NCBI GenBank assembly: GCA_043814765.1
Contig: JBDRJQ010000029.1
Coordinates: 1-64,000 of the forward strand
DNA from: Nanobdellota archaeon
GTDB taxonomy: Archaea; Aenigmatarchaeota; Aenigmatarchaeia; QMZP01
Direction: 5' to 3'
Length of the DNA: 64,000 nucleotides
Below, in pieces: positions 28,997 through 39,950 of the stretch; positions within the stretch are counted from its first letter, which is position 1, and each line of letters begins with the position of its first letter. The position numbers and the translations under genes were made by a program. The notes beneath the pieces were generated by a model. The model was not told the DNA's origin, did not search any database, and saw only the letters and a program-made list of their open reading frames with translations.

Positions 28997-30304
28997 ATGG
29001 AAAAAATAATTGTTGGTAGGGATCGTGATGATATTAAACGTTACGGCTCTAAGGCTACTATTTTTATAGGTAAGCATATCGTAGGCGAGGGTGAGGAAGC
29101 ACACCTCACAAACCCTGTATACCTGGATGTTAACAGACCGCATGTTATGCTGATATGTGGTAAAAGGGGTAGTGGTAAATCGTACTCTAGCGGCGTCATA
29201 GGAGAGGAGTTCATGGCACTGCCACCAGATTTGAGAAAAAATCTTTCTGCTCTAATAATAGACACCATGGGAATATACTGGTCTATGAAAAGTCCAAACA
29301 GTCAGCAGACTGTTTTATTAAAAAGATGGGGGCTCAAGCCCAGTGGCATAAATACGAACTTCCTCGTACCAAAACCGTATGTTGAGGAATATGAAACCCT
29401 TGGGATGAAATATGATGGTACCTTTACATTTACTTGCTCTGAATTAACAGCAACAGATTGGATACTAGCATTTGGTTTTTCTCCTATAGATCCGCATGGA
29501 GTGGGCATAGAAAAAGTGATTAGTAGAGCCCGCAAAGATTATGAAAACATCTACGGAATAGATGATATAATAAGACTGATAGAGGAAGATGATGAACTGG
29601 GGCATGATGTAAAAAATTCTCTCATGAACAGGTTTTCTCTGGCAAAGGATTGGAACGTTTTTGAAAAGAAGGGCATGGATGTAAATAGCTTCTTTAAGCC
29701 TGGCGAATTAACAGTTTTGGATGTGTCAAGGTTTTCAGGAGCTTCTACAAGCTGGTCTGTGAGAAACATGCTTGTTGGTCTTTTGTGCAGAAAGATATAT
29801 CAAAAGAGGTTAGTTTCTAAAAAGGCAGAAGAGTTTGGTTTAATAACATACCATGAAAAGAAAACAATACCAATGATATGGATTATGATAGATGAAGCTC
29901 ATCAGTTTTTACCAGATGTGGGTGAGACTGCGGCATCTTCTGCTCTCCACACCATAGTAAAACAGGGAAGGGAACCAGGCATATCATTGGTTCTGATGAC
30001 TCAGCGTCCGAATAAGCTGCATCCGGATGCATTGGCACAATCTGATATTGTTATATCACACCGCCTTACTGCAGAAGCTGATCTTACAGCTCTTCGCTCT
30101 ATAATGCAGAGCTACATGTTAGAAGATATTCAGGATAAAATCAATAATCTTCCACGACAGAAAGGAACTGCTGTTGTTTTAGACGATAATTCAGAGAGGC
30201 TTTATTCTATACAGATCAGACCAAGAATATCATGGCATGCCGGTGGTTCACCAAGTGTAATAAAAAAGAAGACGTTTTTTGAGGAAGAAGAATTTGATGC
30301 TTAA
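28997..30304 (+). CDS. HerA/DUF87 family ATPase
   Basis: GKRGSGKS, IDEAH, KQGREPG, TQRP. Confidence 0.9.
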   Translation: MEKIIVGRDRDDIKRYGSKATIFIGKHIVGEGEEAHLTNPVYLDVNRPHVMLICGKRGSGKSYSSGVIGEEFMALPPDLRKNLSALIIDTMGIYWSMKSPNSQQTVLLKRWGLKPSGINTNFLVPKPYVEEYETLGMKYDGTFTFTCSELTATDWILAFGFSPIDPHGVGIEKVISRARKDYENIYGIDDIIRLIEEDDELGHDVKNSLMNRFSLAKDWNVFEKKGMDVNSFFKPGELTVLDVSRFSGASTSWSVRNMLVGLLCRKIYQKRLVSKKAEEFGLITYHEKKTIPMIWIMIDEAHQFLPDVGETAASSALHTIVKQGREPGISLVLMTQRPNKLHPDALAQSDIVISHRLTAEADLTALRSIMQSYMLEDIQDKINNLPRQKGTAVVLDDNSERLYSIQIRPRISWHAGGSPSVIKKKTFFEEEEFDA

Positions 30305-31542
30305 CGTTTCTTGTCTCTGTCTCGCTTCCAAAAAAATATTATGAACGGTATCACCAATAGAATTATTATTAACTGTATTAGAAACCAGTTAGTACAGCCA
30401 CTTAAACATGTTCCACCGCAATCAATTCCTTCTTCATTGGAGTTTTGTATTCCATCGGAACAGTGTTCACAATTATCATCAACAACTCCGCTACAATCAT
30501 CATCCAGTTCATTAAAACATGTCTCTTCTTCAGAATAAACAGCATTTATGCAATCTCCCCAGAGCTCGTTCTCACCGCATGTGGATATTCCAAACTCGCA
30601 AATGCCTAATTCTGTGTTTGGTCCGCAGTCTCTTGTTTCTCCGGGAACAAAACAACAATCAGCGTAATCATCAATTATGCCATTACAGTCATCATCAATA
30701 CCGTTACATGACTCTTGTGTCGGATCCTGGCCGCCAACGCAAAAGCATGAAGTTTCCTCTACTGATATTGCACCGTATAAATCATCTATTATGTCATTGC
30801 AATCATCATCAATTGTGTTGCAAGCTTCATCTGAGGGATAAACAGCATCTTGACAATCTGTCCATTTTTTGTTTTCGCATTTCATTACCCCCTTTTTGCA
30901 TGCACCAGTTTCATCATCTGGTCCGCATGGTTTGGTGGATCCTTCTTTGCATATAACAGCGGCTCCTCCGCCGCCTCCGCCACCGCCGCCTCCGCCTCCG
31001 CCAGAGTCACTAGAGCCTCCGCCGTCGTCGGTGGATTGACCGCAATTAGAATCATCTAGCACGCAGTCGCTCCAATAACCACTAACACAGCTCTTGTAAC
31101 CGGTGCAATTTACTTCGTTTATGATTTCAAAACAACTAATTGGGTCATTGGTTACGTTGCAGTCAAAACAGGACTCAGAACAACAAAACATAGATTCCTC
31201 TGGAAGAACGAATTCCGTCAAGGTATCATTACAAAACTGGTCTGGTCCGCAACCATAATAACCGTCATCATATGAGCAAGTGTAAACACAGTTAGCATCA
31301 CAAGGGGAGCTTTCATTAACACACTCTGCGATTAAACCACTATATTCTTGACATGGATTATCCACGCTACACTCTGGTATAGTACAAGTATCATTACAGC
31401 AGAATTCTCCTGCTATTTGATTGCAATCATCATCAATAGAACAGAGGACATTAGCTCCTGTTTCTCCTGTAATAGCAAAAACCTGATTGGCAATAAATAA
31501 AACTGAAAATATCATGATTAGAGAAATCAGCAAAATTCTCAT
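30301..31542 (-). CDS. Cys-rich surface protein with E-x-C-N-x-x-D-D-D-C repeats, poly-Gly linker and C-terminal TM
   Basis: Three ExCxxxDDDC repeats, CSDGIQNSNEEGIDCGG module, 13-Gly run. Confidence 0.85.
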   Translation of the reverse strand: MRILLISLIMIFSVLFIANQVFAITGETGANVLCSIDDDCNQIAGEFCCNDTCTIPECSVDNPCQEYSGLIAECVNESSPCDANCVYTCSYDDGYYGCGPDQFCNDTLTEFVLPEESMFCCSESCFDCNVTNDPISCFEIINEVNCTGYKSCVSGYWSDCVLDDSNCGQSTDDGGGSSDSGGGGGGGGGGGGGAAVICKEGSTKPCGPDDETGACKKGVMKCENKKWTDCQDAVYPSDEACNTIDDDCNDIIDDLYGAISVEETSCFCVGGQDPTQESCNGIDDDCNGIIDDYADCCFVPGETRDCGPNTELGICEFGISTCGENELWGDCINAVYSEEETCFNELDDDCSGVVDDNCEHCSDGIQNSNEEGIDCGGTCLSGCTNWFLIQLIIILLVIPFIIFFWKRDRDKKR

Positions 31543-31565
31543 AATTATTTATTGGTCTTTCTCCT

Positions 31566-32219
31566 TTAGATGTTTTTGTCTCTTCTAACTATTTTTAGAT
31601 CGTCTGTTGGAAGATTATATACTTTGACTAGAGTTAAATCATCTAATTTATGACACTTATGAGAATCTAGTAATAACATATCATTTTCAAGTAGTTTATT
31701 TCTAATTTTCTTTATTTTTTTCATGTTAATAGAAGGTGTAGCTATCTTTCCTTTTGGTGCCGAAGGTGCATCGTTTCTATTTGAATAATATGATAGTGGT
31801 ATTTTGTTTTCTACAAAAGAAATAAGATTGGATGATCCAAAGATTATAAATTTTTTTGAATCAAAAAGGAAATGAACTAGTTTATAATGATCATAAACGT
31901 TTTTTATATTATTAACAAAATATTCTGATTGATATGTTTCATCTGTTAGATGCCTCTCAAAAAAATTTATAACATCGTCAAAATTATGGGCTCCTAAAAA
32001 GGTCTCATAAAACTCTACCATAGAAAATTTATATGAAGTCACACTATCTATCTCTTCATATCTGTTTTCATCGGAATTTCCAAAGAGATAGTCTCTTCTG
32101 TCAAATCTATATTGCAGAAAGGGATTCAAATCTATTATGCTTAAATCTTTGTGAAATTCCAATGTTTTAATTCCATCATTTCCAGGCAACATGCCGTAAG
32201 GTACTAAACACCCGCTCAT
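31566..32219 (-). CDS. Hypothetical protein
   Basis: AT-rich 217-aa ORF with no motif. Confidence 0.7.
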   Translation of the reverse strand: MSGCLVPYGMLPGNDGIKTLEFHKDLSIIDLNPFLQYRFDRRDYLFGNSDENRYEEIDSVTSYKFSMVEFYETFLGAHNFDDVINFFERHLTDETYQSEYFVNNIKNVYDHYKLVHFLFDSKKFIIFGSSNLISFVENKIPLSYYSNRNDAPSAPKGKIATPSINMKKIKKIRNKLLENDMLLLDSHKCHKLDDLTLVKVYNLPTDDLKIVRRDKNI

Positions 32220-32234
32220 GAAAATAGTTGGGTA

Positions 32235-32606
32235 TTAGTTTTTTATTGTGAATGTTCTGAATTCTATTTTTCCTTGATTAACAAGATCCTTTATTCTGTT
32301 CTGTTTAACTGACAGCCTGGAGTCTCCTGTCTTGAACTCTATGAATATTACTTTGTCATCTTCGAACTGTACACCATCTATCGGGCTTCCCAAAAAACGG
32401 AAATTTTGCTGGTTGTATGGATAAACATCCAAAAACGGCATGAATTGTTCTGTCATTTTACCGTATTTAGTACTAAGGCTCTGTTTTTTTGAAATAGTGT
32501 CATCCACTAAAGCCCCTAGCCTTCTGTTTTCCTTGTAAGATCTTCTATATAGATAGAGAATCACAACTATAAAGAGTGCTAGTATAGCAAAAACAAATTC
32601 ATTCAT
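32235..32606 (-). CDS. Holliday junction resolvase-like endonuclease with N-terminal TM
   Basis: GKMTEQFMPF, RFLGSPID, FIEFKTG. Confidence 0.88.
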   Translation of the reverse strand: MNEFVFAILALFIVVILYLYRRSYKENRRLGALVDDTISKKQSLSTKYGKMTEQFMPFLDVYPYNQQNFRFLGSPIDGVQFEDDKVIFIEFKTGDSRLSVKQNRIKDLVNQGKIEFRTFTIKN

Positions 32607-32656
32607 GTTTTAATACTTTGAATGATAATATATATTATAGGAGGTAACGTTTTGAT

Positions 32657-32872
32657 ATGAAAGGAGAAATATCAAGAGGTATTGTAACAGGTCTCATAGT
32701 GGTACTAGTTTTGGTTTCTGTAATTGGAGCAAGTGCAGTATTATCAAGCATATCAGCAACTGACGTTCCAGTAGCATTAGAACAAGACAAAGACAGTGGC
32801 ACAGTAGGCGCTAACATAAAACCTCCAAATTCAATAACAGTAGGAGAAGTTAGTTTAACCGTTACAGGTTAA
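32657..32872 (+). CDS. Small secreted or pilin-like protein
   Basis: MKG|EIS plus hydrophobic helix; SD GGAGGT. Confidence 0.7.
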   Translation: MKGEISRGIVTGLIVVLVLVSVIGASAVLSSISATDVPVALEQDKDSGTVGANIKPPNSITVGEVSLTVTG

Positions 32873-32886
32873 TATAGGAGGATAAA

Positions 32887-33453
32887 ATGGTAGATAATAA
32901 CATATTAGCGGCTCTTGTTGTAGTTGCAATAGTGGTCTCTCTTGGGACAGTTGCTGTTACATACAACACCCTAAGCAGTATAACAACAGTTGGAGCAGGA
33001 ACAGCTCTTGGACAAACTTTTTTAGATCTTCAAACATCAACAGACATATCACTTCCTACGAACACTGTACTGTTCGGTACAGTTAACGTTGGTGAAACAC
33101 ACGACACAACTGATGACGTACCATTGCCATTCACTGTTCAAAATGATGGCAGTGTAAACGTGGATGTTGAGATTAAAGCAACTGATTTATGGACAGCAGA
33201 AGTGAACCCAACACCATATTATCAAGCAATGTGCGGCAATTCATTAGAAACAGTATGTCCAATAGGTTCAGTTATGTTGTTTAGTAACATACCTGAAAAT
33301 GATGCTCTTATTGGATTACAGGTGATAAAAAACATGGATTTCGCTGATGCAAACGATTTGCTTGAAGTTGAAATAAGAATAGAAGTGCCACCTAGCGAAG
33401 GAGCTGGAACCAAATCGTCAGATGTAACATTTACAGCAACACAAGCATTATAA
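32887..33453 (+). CDS. Secreted surface protein (acidic, beta-rich)
   Basis: N-terminal hydrophobic helix, FTVQNDGSVNVDV, VPPSEGAGTK. Confidence 0.8.
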   Translation: MVDNNILAALVVVAIVVSLGTVAVTYNTLSSITTVGAGTALGQTFLDLQTSTDISLPTNTVLFGTVNVGETHDTTDDVPLPFTVQNDGSVNVDVEIKATDLWTAEVNPTPYYQAMCGNSLETVCPIGSVMLFSNIPENDALIGLQVIKNMDFADANDLLEVEIRIEVPPSEGAGTKSSDVTFTATQAL

Positions 33454-33514
33454 GGGGTCATCAGACCCTTTTTAACTTTTTAGTTATTGTTATCTAAATT
33501 AATACAGTGAGCAA

Positions 33515-34429
33515 ATGGACGGTAAAAAATTAATAATATTAACTCTTGTTTTGAGTTTTAGCTGTATGATTTCAAGCTCTGAAGCTATTGGGGTATCTCC
33601 TAGCAGACTCGTAATTGATTTTGAGCCCGGTCTTCAGGAAATACGCGAATTTAGCATCTTGAATAACGGTGAAAACACACTAAACATAGAAATATACAAA
33701 AAAGGTGATCTAGCCGAATACATAACACTTTATGACACTGCTTCTTCATTAGAACCTGGTGAGAGAAAATATTTTACTTATGATATAAATCTTCCAGAAA
33801 CACTGGAGGGTTTTGGTATATTTGATACGAGAATAGGTGCTGTTGAAGCCGCACCAGAAGGCTCTATGATGGGTGGTAGAGCTGCTGTAGAATCACAGTT
33901 ATGGATTAAAAAATTATTCGATGGAAAATATGCAGAAGTTAATCTCATATTAAACAACATTTATGCCGGCGATATTATGAATTTCAGAATAAAAATATCC
34001 AATTTCGGCACTGAAACAATAGACTGTGATACTATTTTGAAAATATACAATTCTAATGATGAAAGCGTAAAGGAAATAGCTCTTGAAGATATTGTAATAA
34101 GTTTTGATGTAGTTGATTATCTGAACAGTGAATGGGATACTGAAACAGTAGAAGCGGGTGACTACAAAGCCGTTGCAATAGTTTCTTATAATGGCAAAGA
34201 AGCTACTGATGAAAAAATGTTTACACTAGTACAAACAGAATTTGAAGATGAAGTTGATGTTAATACAGAATCAAACGATATTATAATAGGTGATACAGAA
34301 AAACCTGCAGAAACAATTGCGCAGGTTACAAATGAAGGATTTCCTATCCAATATCTGCTTATCATATTTTTCATAGGAATTGGATTGATTGGCGCCATAC
34401 TCTATTTCACAAAATTGAGGGTGAAGTGA
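33515..34429 (+). CDS. Secreted Ig-like protein with C-terminal TM
   Basis: Signal peptide, AIGVSP, two beta-sandwich-like domains. Confidence 0.8.
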   Translation: MDGKKLIILTLVLSFSCMISSSEAIGVSPSRLVIDFEPGLQEIREFSILNNGENTLNIEIYKKGDLAEYITLYDTASSLEPGERKYFTYDINLPETLEGFGIFDTRIGAVEAAPEGSMMGGRAAVESQLWIKKLFDGKYAEVNLILNNIYAGDIMNFRIKISNFGTETIDCDTILKIYNSNDESVKEIALEDIVISFDVVDYLNSEWDTETVEAGDYKAVAIVSYNGKEATDEKMFTLVQTEFEDEVDVNTESNDIIIGDTEKPAETIAQVTNEGFPIQYLLIIFFIGIGLIGAILYFTKLRVK

Positions 34430-34843
34430 TTGGAAACAAGATTCAAAATTATTATAGCTACATTCGTTGCAATGTTTTCTATTATAGCTGTTTTTTTCTA
34501 TTTTTATTTGCCTGTTGAGACTCAGGCAATAAAGATGTATGTAACTGTAAGCAATTACACGGGGTTCAATGTTGACACAGATGCTATTTATTTTGGAACT
34601 CTTCCAGGCGTAGGTACAGCTAGCCGAAAGTTCAATCTAACAAACAATATTAAAGAGGATCTCTTTGTACACATTTCATCTGATGGTAATATATCAGAAT
34701 TCCTTTCTATCTCTAAAAACAATTTCTTAATGGAAAGAAGTTCTGTTGAAGAGATTGTAGTTGCAGTAACTATTCCAAATGGCAATGAAATTGGAGAATA
34801 TTCAGGCACTTTGTATGTTAAATTCACTAGAACTATTTCTTGA
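34430..34843 (+). CDS. Membrane-anchored hypothetical protein
   Basis: N-terminal TM, GFNVDTDAIYFG, GEYSG. Confidence 0.75.
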   Translation: METRFKIIIATFVAMFSIIAVFFYFYLPVETQAIKMYVTVSNYTGFNVDTDAIYFGTLPGVGTASRKFNLTNNIKEDLFVHISSDGNISEFLSISKNNFLMERSSVEEIVVAVTIPNGNEIGEYSGTLYVKFTRTIS

Positions 34844-35981
34844 TGTGTAGTTCCACTATGTCATTATCTTGCAGTTTCTTTTCTGGTCCTATCTTCTGTC
34901 CAGGGAACTTTGCAGAAGGCCCCCACAATCTTGCGAATGTAAACCTGTCCTTAAACATCCTATGTATCGTCGTACAGACGTCTTCTATGGTGGAGTTCTT
35001 CCTTAAAACGAGAGGCTCTTTCATGTCAGGCTCTTTACCTATTTTCTTAAGGAATATTCTTATTAGACCAAGGGTTTTCCATATATTATTCTTAAGATCC
35101 TCTATGTTTTCACCCTTATCTGCAGATATTGGTATTACGTTGTTCTTTCTGCAAAACATCTCTACTTCTTCTTCTCTCATTAAATCTGTTTTATTGAGCA
35201 AAATTATCATAGGAGCATAAGTTCTGTTGCCTAGCACAACATCAATGAACTCGTCTGCTGTTATGTCATTCCTTATAAGAACGTCCGCATTGTGTATGCC
35301 GAATGTGTTTGCAATGGATTTTATTTCATCTATGCTAGTCTTTGTCAACTTGACGGTAGATTCTACGCTTATTCCTCCCATAGATTTCTTTTCTATTTTA
35401 ACATCAGGAGGATGCTGATTTATTCTGAAACCAGATTCATAAAGTTCCCTTTTCATCACTTTTATTTTTCTTTCTGGATCCTTGTTATCCAGAACATAAA
35501 CTATCAAATCAGCTACTCTAACTACAGAAAGGACTTCCTTACCACGACCCTTTCCAGCAGAAACTCCTTCTATAAGCCCAGGAACATCCAATACCTGTAT
35601 TTTAGCGCCATTGAGTTCCATTATGCCCGGAACAACTTCCAAAGTTGTAAACTCGTAATGAGCAACTTTAGATTTTGCATCAGTTAATTTGTTCAGAATA
35701 GTGGATTTTCCTACTGATGGATAGCCCACAAGTACAACAGTAGCGTCACCGGATTTTTTTATGCCATAACCAAGACCCTGAGGACCACCAGAGGTTTTTT
35801 GTGCCTCTTGACGAAGCTTGGCAAGTTTGGCTTTTAGAGCACCTATATGTTTCTGAGTAGCCTTGTTGTATTTGGTTCGTTTTATTTCTTCCTCAATCTC
35901 TGTTATTTGTTCCTGTTTTCCAGAGATTTTCGTCTTTTTGACCTCTTCTTCCAGTTCTTTTAATTGGTGCCTCTTTCCCAT
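34833..35981 (-). CDS. DRG/Rbg1 OBG-family GTPase
   Basis: NKATQKHIG, GYPSVGKS, FTT, DVPG, NKTD, TGS domain. Confidence 0.95.
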   Translation of the reverse strand: MGKRHQLKELEEEVKKTKISGKQEQITEIEEEIKRTKYNKATQKHIGALKAKLAKLRQEAQKTSGGPQGLGYGIKKSGDATVVLVGYPSVGKSTILNKLTDAKSKVAHYEFTTLEVVPGIMELNGAKIQVLDVPGLIEGVSAGKGRGKEVLSVVRVADLIVYVLDNKDPERKIKVMKRELYESGFRINQHPPDVKIEKKSMGGISVESTVKLTKTSIDEIKSIANTFGIHNADVLIRNDITADEFIDVVLGNRTYAPMIILLNKTDLMREEEVEMFCRKNNVIPISADKGENIEDLKNNIWKTLGLIRIFLKKIGKEPDMKEPLVLRKNSTIEDVCTTIHRMFKDRFTFARLWGPSAKFPGQKIGPEKKLQDNDIVELHIKK

Positions 35982-36019
35982 AATATAATGATTTAAGCAG
36001 TCTTCCTTTAATAATCAGT

Positions 36020-36565
36020 ATGGACAAGGACCAACACTTCATGATTGATAAAGAAACTATTAGAAAAATAGTTTCACTCGCAGAGATTGGACCAGAGGAA
36101 ACAGTCATAGAAATAGGCGCTGGGCATGGAGCAATGACAAAGGAGCTTGTAAAGCATGCAAAGAAAGTCATTGCAATAGAACTGGATAAAAAACTGAAAC
36201 CCATTTTAGAGAGGAATGTTGGAGGTTTTAAAAATGTTAACTTGCTAATAAAAAACGCACTCAAAACAGATCTATCTGCAGACAAGATTATTGGAAACTT
36301 GCCTTATGCTATATGTGAAGCTCTAATTCAGAAGCTTTCTGAACATGATTTCAAGAAGGCTGTTTTCACTGTTTCCAAGTCTTTTGCCTACAGGCTTTTA
36401 GCAAAATCCGGCGATCAAAATCACAGCAAATTGTCTGATTTCTCGCAGAAAAATTTCAAAATAAGGATAGAAATGAGTGTCCCAAAAGAGGTTTTTAAGC
36501 CAAAACCAAAAACTAATTCTGTAGTAATTTCTTTAGTAAAAACCGATAGAAAGCGACTTAAATAA
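36020..36565 (+). CDS. ksgA: 16S rRNA dimethyladenosine transferase (short form)
   Basis: QHFMID, EIGAGHG, NLPY, FKPKP; C-terminal helical domain absent. Confidence 0.88.
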   Translation: MDKDQHFMIDKETIRKIVSLAEIGPEETVIEIGAGHGAMTKELVKHAKKVIAIELDKKLKPILERNVGGFKNVNLLIKNALKTDLSADKIIGNLPYAICEALIQKLSEHDFKKAVFTVSKSFAYRLLAKSGDQNHSKLSDFSQKNFKIRIEMSVPKEVFKPKPKTNSVVISLVKTDRKRLK

Positions 36566-36668
36566 AGCTATTTATAGCTTAAAAATCAATATATAATAAT
36601 ATATTAACAGTTAATAGACAAGGTAATTTAATATTCTAAAGGAACTAAACAAGTTAAACGGAGTTACT

Positions 36669-38306
36669 ATGACTGAAATAAAAACTGCAGAGCTTATGGC
36701 TAAAGATCAGAAAGAGATAAGCATAAGCCAATTTTTTGAAAAAAATAGGCACCTTTTAGGTTACGATAACAAAATCAAGGCACTTCTAACTATAGTAAAA
36801 GAGGGTGTAGACAACGCTCTTGATGCTACGGAAGAGGCAAGAATTCTTCCTGATATATATATAAAAATAGAGGAAATGGATAAAGAAAAATACAAAATTG
36901 TTATAAGAGATAACGGTCCTGGCATTGTAAAAAATCAAATTCCAAAAATATTTGGTAAGCTGCTTTATGGAAGCAAGTTTCATAGGCTTCGTCAATCCCG
37001 TGGACAGCAGGGCATAGGTATTAGCGGTGCTGTTCTTTACTCTCAACTAACCACAGGTGAATCCACGAAAATACTTACTTCTACTGGCAAGGGAGAAACA
37101 CATAAAATAGAACTTAAGATTGATGTTAAAGTCAACGAGCCAAAAATACTGAAAGATGAGGTAATAAAAAATGGTGCTGATTGGCGTGGCTTACAGATAA
37201 CGTTTATTGTTGAAGGAATATACAGAGAACACAAGCAGTCTGTTTTAGAGTATCTGAAACAGGTGGCTATATCAAATCCTTATGCTAATTTAACCTTTGA
37301 TTCGCCAAATGGTCGGATAGATTTTAAACGTGGTGTTAATCATCTGCCAAAAGAGCCTAAGGAAATCAAACCACATCTTTATGGTATCGAAGTTGGTATA
37401 ATGACCAGAATGCTTCAGGAAACAAAGGCCCGTTCTGTTCTGGGTTTCTTAATTACAGAATTTAGCAGAGTAGGTAAAACTAGCGCTGAAGAGATTGGTA
37501 AGAAAGCTGGCATTAACACAAAGGTAAGCCCTAAGAAACTGGAACATAAAGACATAGTTTCAATGGTAAACGCTGTAAAGGAAGTTAAGCTTTCAAGACC
37601 CCCTACAGATTGCCTGTCTCCGCTTACACAAGAGCTTATAGAAAGCGGCATGCAGAAGGAACTTAATCCAGAATTCGTTGCATCAATATCAAGGCCACCA
37701 AGTGTTTACAGAGGATGGCCGTTTCAGGTTGAAGTTGGTATTGCATACGGAGGTTCTATACACGAAGGGACTGTAATGAGGCACGCCAACAGGGTTCCGC
37801 TACTATATCAACAAGGGGATTGCGCAATAACAAAAGCTGTTGGTCAGGTTGGTTGGAAAAGGTATGGTTTGCCAGGAGATAAAATACCAGAGGGTCCCAT
37901 TGTTATCTTCGTTCATTTATCATCTGTTTGGGTTCCATTTACATCAGAATCTAAAGAGGCTATAGCCTCTTACACGACAATAATAAAGGAGATAAAACTT
38001 GCTCTACAGGACTGTGCAAGAAAGCTATCTTTATACCTTTCTGGTATTAGAAGAGCTGGGAGAATAGCCGAAAAGAAAAAGATATATGAAAAGTATGCAC
38101 ATGAGACTGCCATAGCTCTTAACGAGCTTACAGGAGATGAAAAGGAAAAGATAGAGAAGATGATTTTAAAAATAGTTGAAGAGCGGTGGGGGGACATAGA
38201 AAAAGAGGAAAATGGAGAAAACAATAATGAAGAAACTCTTGAAAAGAAGGAAGCTCCTGAAAAAGAAAATAAAAAGAGTGTAGAAGAGGATAAAGAGGGT
38301 GAATAA
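36669..38306 (+). CDS. top6B: DNA topoisomerase VI subunit B
   Basis: [39 protein letters not shown]. Confidence 0.97.
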   Translation: MTEIKTAELMAKDQKEISISQFFEKNRHLLGYDNKIKALLTIVKEGVDNALDATEEARILPDIYIKIEEMDKEKYKIVIRDNGPGIVKNQIPKIFGKLLYGSKFHRLRQSRGQQGIGISGAVLYSQLTTGESTKILTSTGKGETHKIELKIDVKVNEPKILKDEVIKNGADWRGLQITFIVEGIYREHKQSVLEYLKQVAISNPYANLTFDSPNGRIDFKRGVNHLPKEPKEIKPHLYGIEVGIMTRMLQETKARSVLGFLITEFSRVGKTSAEEIGKKAGINTKVSPKKLEHKDIVSMVNAVKEVKLSRPPTDCLSPLTQELIESGMQKELNPEFVASISRPPSVYRGWPFQVEVGIAYGGSIHEGTVMRHANRVPLLYQQGDCAITKAVGQVGWKRYGLPGDKIPEGPIVIFVHLSSVWVPFTSESKEAIASYTTIIKEIKLALQDCARKLSLYLSGIRRAGRIAEKKKIYEKYAHETAIALNELTGDEKEKIEKMILKIVEERWGDIEKEENGENNNEETLEKKEAPEKENKKSVEEDKEGE

Positions 38307-39396
38307 AATGACAGAAAAAGAAACTATTGAAAAGCTTTCAAAACTTGGAAACGAGGTATTGAATGATATAAAAAAGGTGAAAAACCCAGACATACAGCTA
38401 CCAGTAAGAACATTATCTAATATTTATTTTGATGAAAAGAGCAGATTGATTAAGCTCGGTGATAAGGTAAGCCATAGAAGCTACATGAATATTGCTCACA
38501 CAAGAAAATTCATGCAAACGCTACTTGTTGCAGCAGAGTGCAAGAAGATAATAAATCAAAACGTTTCAACTTCTATCAGGGATTTGTATTATGCTGTAAA
38601 GCACACCATTCCTGGCACAAAAGAAAACACGTTTGAAGAGCAGAGTGAATCAGATCCTATAATAGAGGATATAGAGGCAGCTTTAAACACGTTAAGAGAG
38701 ATGCTTCATCTTCAAGCAGATAGAAAGGGGTATCTCGCAGGAAGTCTTATAATTAATGATACAGGCGATGAAATAGATTGTGGTAAAATGGGTTCATCTG
38801 GCTGGGCAATACCATCAAATGCTGAAGACAATAGAATAAAGTTTGAAAAATGCGATGCTGATTATGTTTTGATGGTGGAGAAAGACGCCATATGGCAGAG
38901 GCTGAATGAGGATAAGTTCTGGAAAAAACAAAACTGTTTAGTACTAACAGGAAAAGGACAGCCTGCTCGTGGAACAAGAAGATTAGTTAACAGGCTTCAC
39001 AGAGAACTAAAACTTCCTATATACGTGCTTACTGATGCTGATCCTTGGGGATATTATATTTATTCTGTCTTGAAACAGGGTTCTATTAATCTGTCTTTCC
39101 TTTCAGACAGGCTAGGGACACCTGAAGCCAAGTTCATCGGTTTGACAACAATAGATGTTGAAGAATTTGAAATACCAAAAACTGTAACAATCAAATTAAA
39201 CGAAGGTGACAAAAAGAGAACAGTAGAAATGATGAACTACGTCTGGTTCAAGCCAAAAGAGTGGCAGGATGAGATGAAGAACATGATGAAGGTTGGTTAC
39301 AAACTAGAACTTGAGGCTCTGTCTGCTAAAGGCATCAAGTTCATCAGCGAGAAATATTTACCACAAAAAATAGAGAATAAGGAATTTTTACCATAA
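38299..39396 (+). CDS. top6A: DNA topoisomerase VI subunit A
   Basis: RDLYY, QSESD, VEKDA, GKGQP, TDADP. Confidence 0.97.
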   Translation: MNKMTEKETIEKLSKLGNEVLNDIKKVKNPDIQLPVRTLSNIYFDEKSRLIKLGDKVSHRSYMNIAHTRKFMQTLLVAAECKKIINQNVSTSIRDLYYAVKHTIPGTKENTFEEQSESDPIIEDIEAALNTLREMLHLQADRKGYLAGSLIINDTGDEIDCGKMGSSGWAIPSNAEDNRIKFEKCDADYVLMVEKDAIWQRLNEDKFWKKQNCLVLTGKGQPARGTRRLVNRLHRELKLPIYVLTDADPWGYYIYSVLKQGSINLSFLSDRLGTPEAKFIGLTTIDVEEFEIPKTVTIKLNEGDKKRTVEMMNYVWFKPKEWQDEMKNMMKVGYKLELEALSAKGIKFISEKYLPQKIENKEFLP

Positions 39397-39427
39397 ACTT
39401 TTAGGAAAAAGTTTAGCTTCCAGAAAA
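39395..39427 (+). repeat. Degenerate palindromic repeat copy or terminator
   Basis: AAACTTTTAGGAAAAAGTTTAGCTTCCAGAAAA between convergent genes. Confidence 0.55.
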
Positions 39428-39428
39428 A

Positions 39429-39887
39429 CTATACATCACAACCGAATGTGTTAGCAAGACTTTCTAATGATTTCTCTCCTGGATAGCTTTTACCAGAACC
39501 TATCCAAGTTGGATAACCGCCAACGCCTGCTGTATCACAAGCTGCTTTGTCTTCAGTGCATTCTACATAATCAACGTATTGGAAAGCGTCTCCAAACATT
39601 GTTTTTTGATTATTGCAGTGACCGCACCAGGAAGCACCGTACATTTTTACACCCTTATCAGTAAGGCATTTCGCAAGGGCTTCCTCATAGCTAACTTCTC
39701 CTGCAATTACATTATTATTGTTATTATCGCTTCCTGTGTTAATATCGTCCATTGCAAAACCAAAAATACCACAAACCATGCCTGTAGCAGTTGTTTGGCA
39801 GGAGCTAATATACACTAAAGCTATGCCTATGAGCGCAATTACTACTATTGCGGCTATTACAACAATGTTTCTTGTTTTCTTGTCCAT
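39429..39887 (-). CDS. Membrane-anchored thioredoxin-like protein
   Basis: MYGASWCGHC, YVEC, GYPTW. Confidence 0.88.
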   Translation of the reverse strand: MDKKTRNIVVIAAIVVIALIGIALVYISSCQTTATGMVCGIFGFAMDDINTGSDNNNNNVIAGEVSYEEALAKCLTDKGVKMYGASWCGHCNNQKTMFGDAFQYVDYVECTEDKAACDTAGVGGYPTWIGSGKSYPGEKSLESLANTFGCDV

Positions 39888-39950
39888 TGAATCACTTCTT
39901 TATTGTTTTATGCAAGTTATTTAAATACTTCCCTTAAACAATAGTTTTCT

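Noticed and set aside
36020..36565. ksgA as a pseudogene
   Set aside because: Catalytic motifs are intact and no downstream remnant is visible; more likely a compact form.
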